Shown here: in pieces, positions 27,181-36,649 of the stretch
Numbering within the stretch: the stretch's first letter is position 1
How the letters are laid out: the number at the start of each line of letters is the position of its first letter
DNA from: Bacillota bacterium
Lineage (GTDB): Bacteria > Bacillota > Negativicutes > JBAXTZ01
Direction of reading: 5' to 3'
DNA: 64,000 nucleotides
Assembly (NCBI GenBank): GCA_037129925.1
Contig: JBAXTZ010000015.1
Span: 1-64,000 of the forward strand
The notes under the pieces: generated by a model
Database searches by the model: none
What the model was told of the DNA's origin: nothing
The model's input: the letters and a program-made list of their open reading frames with translations, nothing else
Position numbers and translations under genes: made by a program

Positions 27181-29280
27181 TTATTTCTTTTCGTCCATAA
27201 CCGGCGCAACAATTTCCGTCGCGCCCGATTTCTTATCCATCAGCGTCGAAATATACGCCGTCAGCATCCCCATGCCACCCTCTTGTCCTTGCACGAGAAT
27301 GTCCGGCACGATTTTTATATTACTGTCGGAGATGCGTTTGAACACTTCGATTACGGTAACATTTTCCGGCGATATTGCTTCGCACTGTTTGCGGTAGGCT
27401 TCGGCGGTCGAGTTACCGATGGCGAGGATTTTCTGGGCCTCGGCGTCACCGATGGCTTTGATTCCGGCGGCTTCACCTTCGGCGGTTAGTTTTCTGGATT
27501 CCTTGGCGCCCTCGGCTTTTTTGATCGACGACAGTTTTTCCTGTTCGGCTATTTTCACGCCGATTTCGGCTTGCATAAGATTCTTTTGCTGATCAGCTTC
27601 GGCGCGGGATTTCTCAGTCGCAATCCGGGTTTGCTCGGCGAGTTGCTGTTCCTTGTACATTTCCTTGCGCTGCTCGGCGATAATCCGCATGGTCTGGGTT
27701 TCCATCAATTCCTGCGGCAACTGAATCTGACAGATCAGCACCGAAACACACTCCACATGATAATCGGTCAACTCCTGACGCGCATGTAATTCGGCTTTTT
27801 TCTGTTCCTCCTGCCGGTCTTGCAGGAAGCTCATGGCTTTGGTCGATGACGCCTGGTTACGGAACGACGAGTCAATCATCGGATGAATAACATGGTCGAT
27901 GAGATTTTCTACCGAGCCGATTTTTGCCACCATGTACGGCGCCTGATCCGGACGCACCCGGATAATTACTTTCACCGATACCATAATCAGGAAGCCGTCT
28001 TTAGATGTAACTTGCAACGAATTGAATTTGGTGTCCTTATCGTTGTCGTTCCAGTCGATTGTGATATTGGTAGTGTTTACAACGTATGGAATAAATGCCA
28101 GCGGATTGAGATAGTATATTCCCGGCCCGACTACTTCGCGCTGAATACCGCGATAGCCCTGCGGCACTACATAGCGCTCGATACCCGGCAACAACTGAAC
28201 TTCCGGCTTGCCTGCTTCCGTTCCCATTTCGGTTTGATCCGGTTCCCGGCCGACATTGGAAACGATTACTGCGACCTCGCCGCGTTCAACCTTGGCAACA
28301 TTATGCAACTGAACGGAAAACATGTAGGGATTGATATAGTAAGTACCGGGGCGCAGAACTTCCAATTGCGGTCCACGCTGACCGCCTGCGTTCAGAAAAG
28401 CCGAAGCATTCTGGAAATTATCATGTTCACAGACACTGGCAGCAACATATTCGTTGGGCGGCAATTCCTTACCGTCCAGCGCTGTAACCAAACCGACCTT
28501 TTCCGAAGGCACGATCAGCGCATCAGCTACCGCTACCACAAACAATGAAGTGTTCACCCGATAGGTTCCGGGAAACATGATGTTAATTTGCGGGCCTTTT
28601 TGGCCGCCCGCTGCCAGGAAAGTTTCGCCGTCCTGAAAGGACTTGTGTCCTTCCACGCTCTTGGCCAATAACCGGCCGCTGTCAATCGGCAATCCGTCCA
28701 TCGCCGTCACAATTCCGATTTTACCTTTGGGGATATGCAGCGAATTAATCTTGTTTACGCGAAACAACACCGGGTTTATCCGATATTGTCCCGGTGTCAG
28801 ATATTCAATCTGTGGACCTTTCTGACCACCGTTGTTGAGAAACGCCTCGGCATCTTGAAACGAATTGTGACCGCTGATAACCTTGGCAAATATTCGGTCC
28901 GGCGGTAGTGATTCGCCGTCAATTGCTTCGACCAAACCGACTTCGTCTTCGGCAATTTCTACGAAACCACTTTTATTGGTTACGTACAAAAACGGTATCA
29001 GAAAATGCAAGCCCGGTCCCAAAGTTTTCGCGCGTACGCCGACCTCACTGTTACGGGCTACAACCTGACCGCTGGGCATTTTTTTACCGAACCAACGGCG
29101 CTCAATGATTGCAATCTGACGGCCGTTGACCACCACGATAGAATTTCTTATGATGATCAACAGCACAATCAACGCTACAACCACCCAGATAATCGTGAAG
29201 ATTGTTGACAATGAGAGTGTTCCATTAAGTAGTGATGACATTTTTTCCTCCTCGAATTTTATTAATCCTTCCATAGCCAA
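27181..29280 (-). CDS. SPFH/band-7 (flotillin/YqiK-like) membrane protein with a triplicated N-terminal repeat
   Basis: 699 aa. An N-terminal TM helix is followed by three ~75-aa repeats (HNSFQDAEAFLNNGGQKGPQ / HKSFQDGETFLAAGGQKGPQ / HDNFQNASAFLNAGGQRGPQ), an SPFH core, and a flotillin-like EA-rich coiled coil. Confidence 0.8.
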   Translation of the reverse strand: MAMEGLIKFEEEKMSSLLNGTLSLSTIFTIIWVVVALIVLLIIIRNSIVVVNGRQIAIIERRWFGKKMPSGQVVARNSEVGVRAKTLGPGLHFLIPFLYVTNKSGFVEIAEDEVGLVEAIDGESLPPDRIFAKVISGHNSFQDAEAFLNNGGQKGPQIEYLTPGQYRINPVLFRVNKINSLHIPKGKIGIVTAMDGLPIDSGRLLAKSVEGHKSFQDGETFLAAGGQKGPQINIMFPGTYRVNTSLFVVAVADALIVPSEKVGLVTALDGKELPPNEYVAASVCEHDNFQNASAFLNAGGQRGPQLEVLRPGTYYINPYMFSVQLHNVAKVERGEVAVIVSNVGREPDQTEMGTEAGKPEVQLLPGIERYVVPQGYRGIQREVVGPGIYYLNPLAFIPYVVNTTNITIDWNDNDKDTKFNSLQVTSKDGFLIMVSVKVIIRVRPDQAPYMVAKIGSVENLIDHVIHPMIDSSFRNQASSTKAMSFLQDRQEEQKKAELHARQELTDYHVECVSVLICQIQLPQELMETQTMRIIAEQRKEMYKEQQLAEQTRIATEKSRAEADQQKNLMQAEIGVKIAEQEKLSSIKKAEGAKESRKLTAEGEAAGIKAIGDAEAQKILAIGNSTAEAYRKQCEAISPENVTVIEVFKRISDSNIKIVPDILVQGQEGGMGMLTAYISTLMDKKSGATEIVAPVMDEKK

Positions 29281-29297
29281 AATATTAAGGTTTTTAT

Positions 29298-30695
29298 CTA
29301 TAGTTCACAAAGCGCCAGCAACCATAGCGGTACGACTGAAACGGCGCCAGCCAGCCGAAATTCCCGCTTGCTGACCATAAGTGCTTCGGGCGCGGCAAAT
29401 TCGGTGGCGAATGCATTCAACCCGCGCAGGTCTTTGGTAGTCACTTCATTGCGATATTTTGTTTCTACCGGAACCAGCCGGTTGCGTTTGCAAATCACCG
29501 CATCCACCTCGTATGTCTTTTCGCGCCAATAATATGTCTTGAAGAATTTCTTCTCGGCATAGTCCACTGCCATCCGGGCAACAACGGTTTCAGCGAGCAT
29601 TCCCTCGCGAACGGAGTCGAATTCCGTCTCCCGCACAATGGCATTCCGCAATCCATTGTCAATCACAAATATTTTTCGGTTTTTCCGGATGACTTTTCCG
29701 GTATTTGGCGAATAATTTTCCAAAGAGCACAGCAAACAGGCGCGTTCTAAATAACCGGCATAATTCATCGCAGTTATTGTTTCTACACCGACGGTTTGCC
29801 CAATCGATGCCCAGGAAAACGCCTGACCGTTGTTTGCTGCAACATAAGCTATAATTCTTTCGAGTACCAACGGGCTTTTTACATCAAAGAAACTTACAAT
29901 ATCCCGATACAGACCCGATGCCAAAATATCCACAGCCAGACGGTTTTGCCATAGGTCGATATTCTTGTGTTCAAAGTATTCCGGATATCCGCCTGCCAAT
30001 AAATATTCCTGCAACAAATTAGTTGTCTGGTTTTCAAATAATGATAATTTGAGATAATCAGGCGCGATCGTCTGATAGAAAGCCGCCGGGCTGTCGAAAC
30101 AGCAGGGAGCGACTACTTCTGGCAGCGCTTCGGACTGCTTATACCGGCTGTGAAAACGTGCGAACTGCCGGAAATTCAGCGGAAATATATGCAAGTAATC
30201 GATTCTGCCCAAAAGCGATTCTTTAGCGCCTTCGAACAAGTGTGCTGCCGAAGAACCACTAACTACAAATTTTATATCGAACTGTTTGTCGTAATAACTC
30301 TTGATATAGGTTTGCCAGCCAGTAAGTTGATGCACTTCATCAATAAACACGTAGATCTTGGCGCTCAACATCCGGACATCTTCACCAACTATTTCGCGTA
30401 AAAACAGCTCAATTACAGTTGCCAAATCGTTCTTGGCATTGAAAATCAGCGGATCGTCACCGCTAAACAGCAAAATCCGTCGCGGTTCAATACCGGACGC
30501 AATGAGTTTTTGGATCGCCTGAAAAATCAGCGTCGATTTACCAACCCGGCGCGGCCCGCTGATTGCCAGGATCCGCCGCTCGCTAAAATGCGTTTGAATA
30601 TCTTGCAGTTCGGAGCGTTCAATTTTGTCAGCCAACTCTTTGTTTGGCGGTAACCCAACCCACCACGGATTGCTGCGCGCTAAAAATTCCAACAT
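29298..30695 (-). CDS. AAA ATPase, AAA_14 + DUF4143 family
   Basis: 465 aa. It has a Walker A (GPRRVGKST) and Walker B (VFIDEVHQ), and a DUF4143-like C-terminal domain. Confidence 0.7.
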   Translation of the reverse strand: MLEFLARSNPWWVGLPPNKELADKIERSELQDIQTHFSERRILAISGPRRVGKSTLIFQAIQKLIASGIEPRRILLFSGDDPLIFNAKNDLATVIELFLREIVGEDVRMLSAKIYVFIDEVHQLTGWQTYIKSYYDKQFDIKFVVSGSSAAHLFEGAKESLLGRIDYLHIFPLNFRQFARFHSRYKQSEALPEVVAPCCFDSPAAFYQTIAPDYLKLSLFENQTTNLLQEYLLAGGYPEYFEHKNIDLWQNRLAVDILASGLYRDIVSFFDVKSPLVLERIIAYVAANNGQAFSWASIGQTVGVETITAMNYAGYLERACLLCSLENYSPNTGKVIRKNRKIFVIDNGLRNAIVRETEFDSVREGMLAETVVARMAVDYAEKKFFKTYYWREKTYEVDAVICKRNRLVPVETKYRNEVTTKDLRGLNAFATEFAAPEALMVSKREFRLAGAVSVVPLWLLALCEL

Positions 30696-30858
30696 CTCAA
30701 TACCGCCTTTTTGTCTAGTGTACTACACATATTTTACGTTTTTTGTGTAGCGCAGTCAACATAATCGCGAATTTGGTCGTAACAGTCAGTCTGAACTGTG
30801 CAATTCATACTCAATTCCAATCTGAACTTCTTGTAATATTGAATTGCGATATGCCTCA

Positions 30859-32478
30859 TTATTCACTTAATTTTGCATCGCCATATGGCTGACTGGCCGG
30901 TGAATTTTCAATCAAAATCAAATACTGTCCAACTGTGCTTGCCGCTGGATTGCTGGTACGTTCAGCATAATCAAAATCCCGAATCACCGTATATGCCGGA
31001 ATTTCGAAAAACGGAGAGTGAGCTGAGTTTAACTTAAACAGTGTCAATTTTCCGAGACTGTTGTTTGTGAAAGGATCAATATATGTTGATTCCTCTTTCC
31101 CACTGTAATATTTGCCATTGACGGAATACATTCCATAACTATCCTTCGACAAAGAGTTGCAGACGATAACTTTTCCCTTCACAGGTGACAGCGGCTCATC
31201 AGCAATCATTTCTGCGAATCGGGCGCTATTCGGAGTTTTTAGAATTGTATGATAACTGCCGAACTGTCCACACCATTTTTCGCCCGGATATTTGGCAATA
31301 TTGCGCATAAAGCTAGTAAACATAAAATTATCGCGTAAATCGCTGACGTCCTGTTCCCGGGCATAAAAATCATAGGCTTGCTTGCAAGCGTCCACAATCA
31401 GGGAAGTCTCAAACCATTTATCACCCAGCATAGTTCGATACAACCCAGCGTGTTCTGAATTCATGTCGGCCTGTAATATTTCGATCGCTTCCCGGCCATT
31501 GTTATCATCTGTGACGCTGCGAACCGTAGCGACATTCTGGGCAATCGGCGCCGGAATACTATCACAAGCCAGCAATTCATTGAGACAAGCAAATCCGGTA
31601 GAAAGCTGATGCTGGACATCGAGACCGGCTATACACAGCTTGCTGTTCGGCGGCAGGTTGTCATTATAAATTTTCAGTTTTAACCAGAATTCATAGTTGT
31701 CCTTGTTATACGCCGATGTTTCACAATAATTTGCGAACACCAGCTTGAGCGCAGCCGTATCCCCAGTGCGCAGAAATTTATTATAGTAGTAACTGTCTGC
31801 CGGTCCCATCTCCATAAGTATTCGCTGAATTCCGGCTTTCTCATTGAAATATTTGATCGCAGCTAATTCCAGCTCATAGGCTTCGCGTGTACCGTGAAAT
31901 TCACCCAACAGAAACACGCGGTTCGTAACAATATCGCTATCCATCAACTTAAACCCGCTCTGAGCGATGCTATCCGACGCGCCGATCTTCCCACGATTCT
32001 TTGACAGATACTCACTAACAAGTTCTTGCTGATTATTCCACCAGCTATTTTCACTAACTGCTTTCTTAATGATATTATTGTCTTTGCGCGATGACTGATA
32101 AAATTGTTTCGTTTGTGCGTCAAATACAATCCAGTTCATATCCTGATAAGGATCGCTGCTTACAAATCCCTGATCGAAATTCAACTTGTAAAATTCGCCA
32201 GTAGTGTCAGCCTGGTGATAGCGGACATTTTTATAATCGACATACTTAAGCAGATGATATTCACCGGGCGAGGTTATTAATAGCCGGGCTATTCCCTGCG
32301 CGTCGGCGACATAGCTTTTGGTGACTCCGTCAGGAAATTGAAGATACCAGGTAATTCCGGCAATCGGTTGATTATCCGCCGGAGACAACGCATACAAATC
32401 CAGTTCACCGGCACTAACCATAGCGGTACCGATGCTGATTGCAAATATTAGTAACATTGACGCTAACAGTTTTTTCAT
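30859..32478 (-). CDS. Secreted protein with a C-terminal erythromycin-esterase/ChaN-like domain
   Basis: 539 aa with a signal peptide. LLGEFHGTREAYELELAAIKYF resembles the Ere/ChaN family motif GEATHGT.EF. Confidence 0.35.
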   Translation of the reverse strand: MKKLLASMLLIFAISIGTAMVSAGELDLYALSPADNQPIAGITWYLQFPDGVTKSYVADAQGIARLLITSPGEYHLLKYVDYKNVRYHQADTTGEFYKLNFDQGFVSSDPYQDMNWIVFDAQTKQFYQSSRKDNNIIKKAVSENSWWNNQQELVSEYLSKNRGKIGASDSIAQSGFKLMDSDIVTNRVFLLGEFHGTREAYELELAAIKYFNEKAGIQRILMEMGPADSYYYNKFLRTGDTAALKLVFANYCETSAYNKDNYEFWLKLKIYNDNLPPNSKLCIAGLDVQHQLSTGFACLNELLACDSIPAPIAQNVATVRSVTDDNNGREAIEILQADMNSEHAGLYRTMLGDKWFETSLIVDACKQAYDFYAREQDVSDLRDNFMFTSFMRNIAKYPGEKWCGQFGSYHTILKTPNSARFAEMIADEPLSPVKGKVIVCNSLSKDSYGMYSVNGKYYSGKEESTYIDPFTNNSLGKLTLFKLNSAHSPFFEIPAYTVIRDFDYAERTSNPAASTVGQYLILIENSPASQPYGDAKLSE

Positions 32479-32502
32479 AACGGCTCCTTTAATTATTTGC
32501 GC

Positions 32503-32522
32503 GGGCGATTCGCGAATCGCCC
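32503..32522. promoter_or_regulatory. Perfect 10+10 palindrome gggcgattcg/cgaatcgccc in the 5' leader of the 30859..32478 gene
   Basis: It lies 25 nt upstream of the start codon, followed by an AAGGAG RBS. A near-identical motif occurs at 6303..6323. Confidence 0.5.
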
Positions 32523-32718
32523 CGTGTCAAATACAAATTTATTTTACTGTTTATATTTTATTGTGTCAATTTATACTTTCGCAACATATTTTTACAAGAG
32601 CCACGATGTTTAGCCCGCCATATACAATAAGGCTGCACCTGACCTGTACAGGAGACAAAAAAAATACCGCCGGCATTGCAAATTTTGCAAAACCGACGGC
32701 ACCGTTTTTGGTGTCCAT

Positions 32719-34413
32719 TTACTGGACTATATCAATTTTACCTTTACCACTCACAATTAGCACCAACGTTTTAACGATTTTGCCGTTATGATATTTTTCA
32801 ACATACGCTGCGCGGTAATTTTCGGCTTGAATTTCTGCTTCGGCAACCACCCGTTCGTATTCCTTAAGCGTTTTTTTCTTGAGATATTTCAGTTCGATAA
32901 CCCACTCATAGTTCGAGCTGCCAGGATTCGCCGGATTTTCTTGCAAAAGGATATCGGCGTAGCCACCGCCCAGTTCACGCTCACTGTCTACGAGATAATC
33001 TCCGATTGTAAATAGCAGCGCCAACAGTGCCATTTTGATATGTTTTTCGTCAATCGCGATAAGATCGCGAAACGACAGCGCCTTGGTAAGCAGTTTGCCA
33101 AACGCTCCGATAAACTCGGCCGCGTCACCTGTCAACCGCATCTTGCGCATTGAATCATAATATTCCGCCGGGCGGAGAATTTTCTTGTCCGCGCTCATCC
33201 GCATCGCGAAGTTTTCCCAAAACATCGACTTTATGGCATAATTCGGCACAGCTAACTCAACTTTAGCAATATCAGCGCTTTTTATCGTTAGCAACCCCAA
33301 ATAATACATCAACGACCAGTAGTTTTCCTGACTTTCATAGATGGTATTCAAGTCAAAGCGGTCTACCAGCCGGGTCATTATCGTACCGCCACTAGCGATT
33401 TGCTGCAAACTTTCGTAAGCGTCAAACTTCCGGGCGAGCATTTCGGTCTTGCGATAATCGGTCACGACATTGCGGTCCAGAATATATTGCGGATAGATAC
33501 CGTGCTGTCTAACGGCTTCGAGAAAATATATCACCATATTAGTGTTATATACTCGTTCGCTAGCACGCGTTGAAAACTTGTAACCGTTAAAATATTCCCG
33601 AAGATCGTCCTGCAACTTTTGCAAGCCCATGCTCGCGGCACATACCTCGGCGGCCAGCGCTTGCACTTCTGTTTCGGTTAATCCCAACATCGCATTCAAT
33701 GCCGGTTCCAAGGTAAGATTGCTGGTGATATTAAAACCACTGGTCAAGTCGTCCAGCATGACCGGACTGACCCCGGTCATGAACAGCCGCTCAATACTCG
33801 AAGAAGTTCCTTCTTTAATAGCCTTGTAGAACGCTTTTACATATCCCTCGCCACTGATAAGATCATAATACATAGCTTTGTCGTCGCTGGCGATTAACTC
33901 GTTGGCAAAATTATCGTATTCGTCGATAATCAGATAGATATTCTTTGAAAGTGTCCGTGTCAAATCAAAACACATCCGGAGCGACTGAATCGCCGACAGT
34001 TTTCCAACTTCCCGGTCAGGTGAATACCTGTCGAAAAAATCTCGCGCCCCCTCGCGCACCGCACCGTCGAAATCGCTAACCAGCACGTCTTGGCCTTTAT
34101 CTGTCGTAATTCCGGCGAAACTAAGCCGCAATATCAGAAAACTGTTTTTCAAAGCCGTTGGCTGCTTGCCGATATATAAATCACCGAATAGTGCGTCAAA
34201 CTTATCTGCCCTGTTAATATCATAATAATTTTCCAGCACCGACAGCCACAGCGTTTTTCCAAACCGCCGCGGGCGAATAAAAAACTGAAACTTTGGTTGT
34301 TGTTCCAACTCCGCGATATATTTAGTTTTATCGACAAAAACCGACCCTTCGGCTCTAATGATCTCGAAATTCGTCTCGCCATAAGGAAATCTGCGCATCG
34401 CACACCTCAACAA
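32719..34413 (-). CDS. AAA-ATPase_like domain protein with a C-terminal PD-(D/E)XK nuclease-like domain (DUF1703 type)
   Basis: 564 aa. An N-terminal FVDKTKYI...RPRRFGKT P-loop region and the overall architecture are typical of the predicted AAA-ATPase family. Confidence 0.6.
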   Translation of the reverse strand: MLRCAMRRFPYGETNFEIIRAEGSVFVDKTKYIAELEQQPKFQFFIRPRRFGKTLWLSVLENYYDINRADKFDALFGDLYIGKQPTALKNSFLILRLSFAGITTDKGQDVLVSDFDGAVREGARDFFDRYSPDREVGKLSAIQSLRMCFDLTRTLSKNIYLIIDEYDNFANELIASDDKAMYYDLISGEGYVKAFYKAIKEGTSSSIERLFMTGVSPVMLDDLTSGFNITSNLTLEPALNAMLGLTETEVQALAAEVCAASMGLQKLQDDLREYFNGYKFSTRASERVYNTNMVIYFLEAVRQHGIYPQYILDRNVVTDYRKTEMLARKFDAYESLQQIASGGTIMTRLVDRFDLNTIYESQENYWSLMYYLGLLTIKSADIAKVELAVPNYAIKSMFWENFAMRMSADKKILRPAEYYDSMRKMRLTGDAAEFIGAFGKLLTKALSFRDLIAIDEKHIKMALLALLFTIGDYLVDSERELGGGYADILLQENPANPGSSNYEWVIELKYLKKKTLKEYERVVAEAEIQAENYRAAYVEKYHNGKIVKTLVLIVSGKGKIDIVQ

Positions 34414-34515
34414 AAAATAGCAACAACTTTAGTTGCTGCTATTTTAGCATAATCAAAATTATTTAGCTATCGTCGTGATTGCAAACGAAGTTGCAACGAA
34501 GAAAATGCGCGTTTT

Positions 34516-35301
34516 TCAGCGGTTTATCAAGTCTTTTACGACTTCGCCGGCCAAAATCAACCCACACACCGCCGGTACAAAAGATATACTGCCAGGTATC
34601 TTCCGCCTAGTAGTACATTTCCGGGTCGTACCCGGCGGGCAGACACAATTAATCGCGCAACTGGTTTCATCTGATTCCTGCGGTTCGAGCGGCAGTTCTT
34701 CGGAGTAGACGACTTTTAACGCTTTGATGCCCCGCTTACGTAATTCTTGGCGCATTATCCGCGCCAACGGGCAACTGGTAGTTTTGTAGATATCGGTAAC
34801 CTTGAAGCCGCTAGCCTCGATTTTGTTCCCGGCGCCCATGCTGCTGATGATCGGAATCCCCAGTTCCTGGGCGGTCACGACCAGCGAGATTTTCCCGGTC
34901 ATCGTGTCGATAGCATCGACAATGTAATCATAATCGCTGCGAATAAGTTGCCGGGGATTATCCGGCAGGTAAAATTCTTGAAATATCTCCACTTCGGCCT
35001 TGGGATTAATTTCCAAAATCCGCTCACGCATCGCTTCAACTTTTGGCTGGCCAATAGTTTTGCGGGTGGCGTGCAACTGGCGGTTGATATTGGTCAGGCA
35101 GATGCAATCATCGTCTATCAACACCAACTTGCCGACACCGGCACGCACCAAGCCCTCGACGACATAAGTGCCGACACCGCCGATTCCGAATACCGCCACC
35201 CGGCTGTGCTTTAACTTTTCTAAAGCAAGTTTTCCAATCAATAGTTCCGTCCGTGAAAATTCATGTAACATTTCTACCTCATTATTTTTGCCAGTTTTCA
35301 A
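34516..35301 (-). CDS. tcdA: tRNA threonylcarbamoyladenosine dehydratase (ThiF/MoeB E1-like)
   Basis: A Rossmann motif (VAVFGIGGVGTYVVEGLVRAGVGKLVLIDDD) is present and the length is right for the TcdA/CsdL family. Confidence 0.7.
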   Translation of the reverse strand: MKTGKNNEVEMLHEFSRTELLIGKLALEKLKHSRVAVFGIGGVGTYVVEGLVRAGVGKLVLIDDDCICLTNINRQLHATRKTIGQPKVEAMRERILEINPKAEVEIFQEFYLPDNPRQLIRSDYDYIVDAIDTMTGKISLVVTAQELGIPIISSMGAGNKIEASGFKVTDIYKTTSCPLARIMRQELRKRGIKALKVVYSEELPLEPQESDETSCAINCVCPPGTTRKCTTRRKIPGSISFVPAVCGLILAGEVVKDLINR

Positions 35302-36649
35302 TAGCTTTTGCGTACAGCCGCAAAAAGAATTCCGTAGCCGTCAATAACACCCGCTCGTCAAAATCAAACAATTTGTTGTGATGACCGCCACTTGTCGCTG
35401 TGGCAAACACCGCAAATAACGCTTGTCCGCCCCGGGCCTTGGTCTGTTCCATAAAATATGTCGCATCTTCTGAACCTTCGAACGTTGCCAGTCTGACGGC
35501 GTGTTCTGCGCCAATGGTTTCGACCGCCACGCCGAACGCCAGTTCAACGAGTTCCGGCGAATTTGTTGATGTAACCAACTCAGCCTCGGGTCTGATTTCA
35601 CATTCCAGCTCATACATCACCGCAGCAGACTTAATAACTATTAGCGCCCGCTCTGCCATATATTCACAAACTTCCTTAGTCGCGCCGCGCACCTCTACCG
35701 TGAAATAGGCCTGCTCAGCAACCACGTTCCACTCACTGCCGGCTTGCAGTTTCCCAATATTTAGCTGCGTCGAGCCATTACCATGCCGGGAAATAGCGTA
35801 GATATTTTGTGTGGCGACACAGGCGGCCAGTAACGCGTTCCGTCCGAAATGCGGATTGTTAGCAGCATGTGCCGCGCGGCCGGTATAACGGACTTCATAG
35901 CGTTTGACGGCCATGATGCCGCGCGGATCAACGACAATAACATCATCAACTGTCGGTACAATCCCGATATGACCGCAGAAAAAAAAGTTGGCATCGTCCA
36001 CCAGCCCGGCAGAAGTCATCGTACCGGCGCCAACGCCGCCTTCTTCGCCCGGTTGGAAAATCAACCGCACAGTACCGGTAATATCATTGCGATGCTCGGC
36101 AAACCATTTAGCCAGCAATAAACCATAAGCCATGTGACCGTCATGCCCGCAAGCGTGCATATAGCCGGGAATTAACGAGCCAAAACCCTCACGAACCGGC
36201 AAATGTTCCGCGCTGTCACTCTCAGTTATTGTCAACCCGTCAATGTCAAAGCGAAAGACCACAACCGGACCGGGCTGAGCGCCTGTCAGTTCAGCGACCA
36301 AACCAGTGTAGCCGCCCCGTCCCGGTCCAATAAACCGTTCCTCGATACCAGCCGCCAATGCTCGTTGATATTCGTCCTCGATTATTTCTGCGGCTGGCAA
36401 CTTGAACCGTTTTGCCGCGCCATGAATAGTCTCCCCTAATTTGATATTGTAACCCCATTTTTCCAGCAACTGTGCAATGTAGCCAGTGGCATAGAACTCA
36501 GTCCAGGCTACTTGCGGGAATTTGTGCAAATCGCGTCGCCAACTGACCATCTCGTTTTTGTTTGTCACCAGCCATGTTTCCAAATTCATATCAACCTCCA
36601 AAACAGCACAGCTCTCCAAATGCGCAATCGCGATTGAAGAGCTGTTCAA
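35282..36649 (-). CDS. M20D family amidohydrolase (hippurate hydrolase / AbgB-like)
   Basis: Metal-binding motifs (MHACGHDGH, GEEGG) are present. The likely start is at MNLETW (36589). Confidence 0.7.
   Translation of the reverse strand: MNSSSIAIAHLESCAVLEVDMNLETWLVTNKNEMVSWRRDLHKFPQVAWTEFYATGYIAQLLEKWGYNIKLGETIHGAAKRFKLPAAEIIEDEYQRALAAGIEERFIGPGRGGYTGLVAELTGAQPGPVVVFRFDIDGLTITESDSAEHLPVREGFGSLIPGYMHACGHDGHMAYGLLLAKWFAEHRNDITGTVRLIFQPGEEGGVGAGTMTSAGLVDDANFFFCGHIGIVPTVDDVIVVDPRGIMAVKRYEVRYTGRAAHAANNPHFGRNALLAACVATQNIYAISRHGNGSTQLNIGKLQAGSEWNVVAEQAYFTVEVRGATKEVCEYMAERALIVIKSAAVMYELECEIRPEAELVTSTNSPELVELAFGVAVETIGAEHAVRLATFEGSEDATYFMEQTKARGGQALFAVFATATSGGHHNKLFDFDERVLLTATEFFLRLYAKAIENWQK

Noticed and set aside
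30696-30858. Possible mobile-element boundary or att site between the AAA ATPase and the Ere-like gene
   Set aside because: There is only a weak 7-bp inverted repeat (ctacaca/tgtgtag), no direct repeats and no integrase. The evidence is insufficient.
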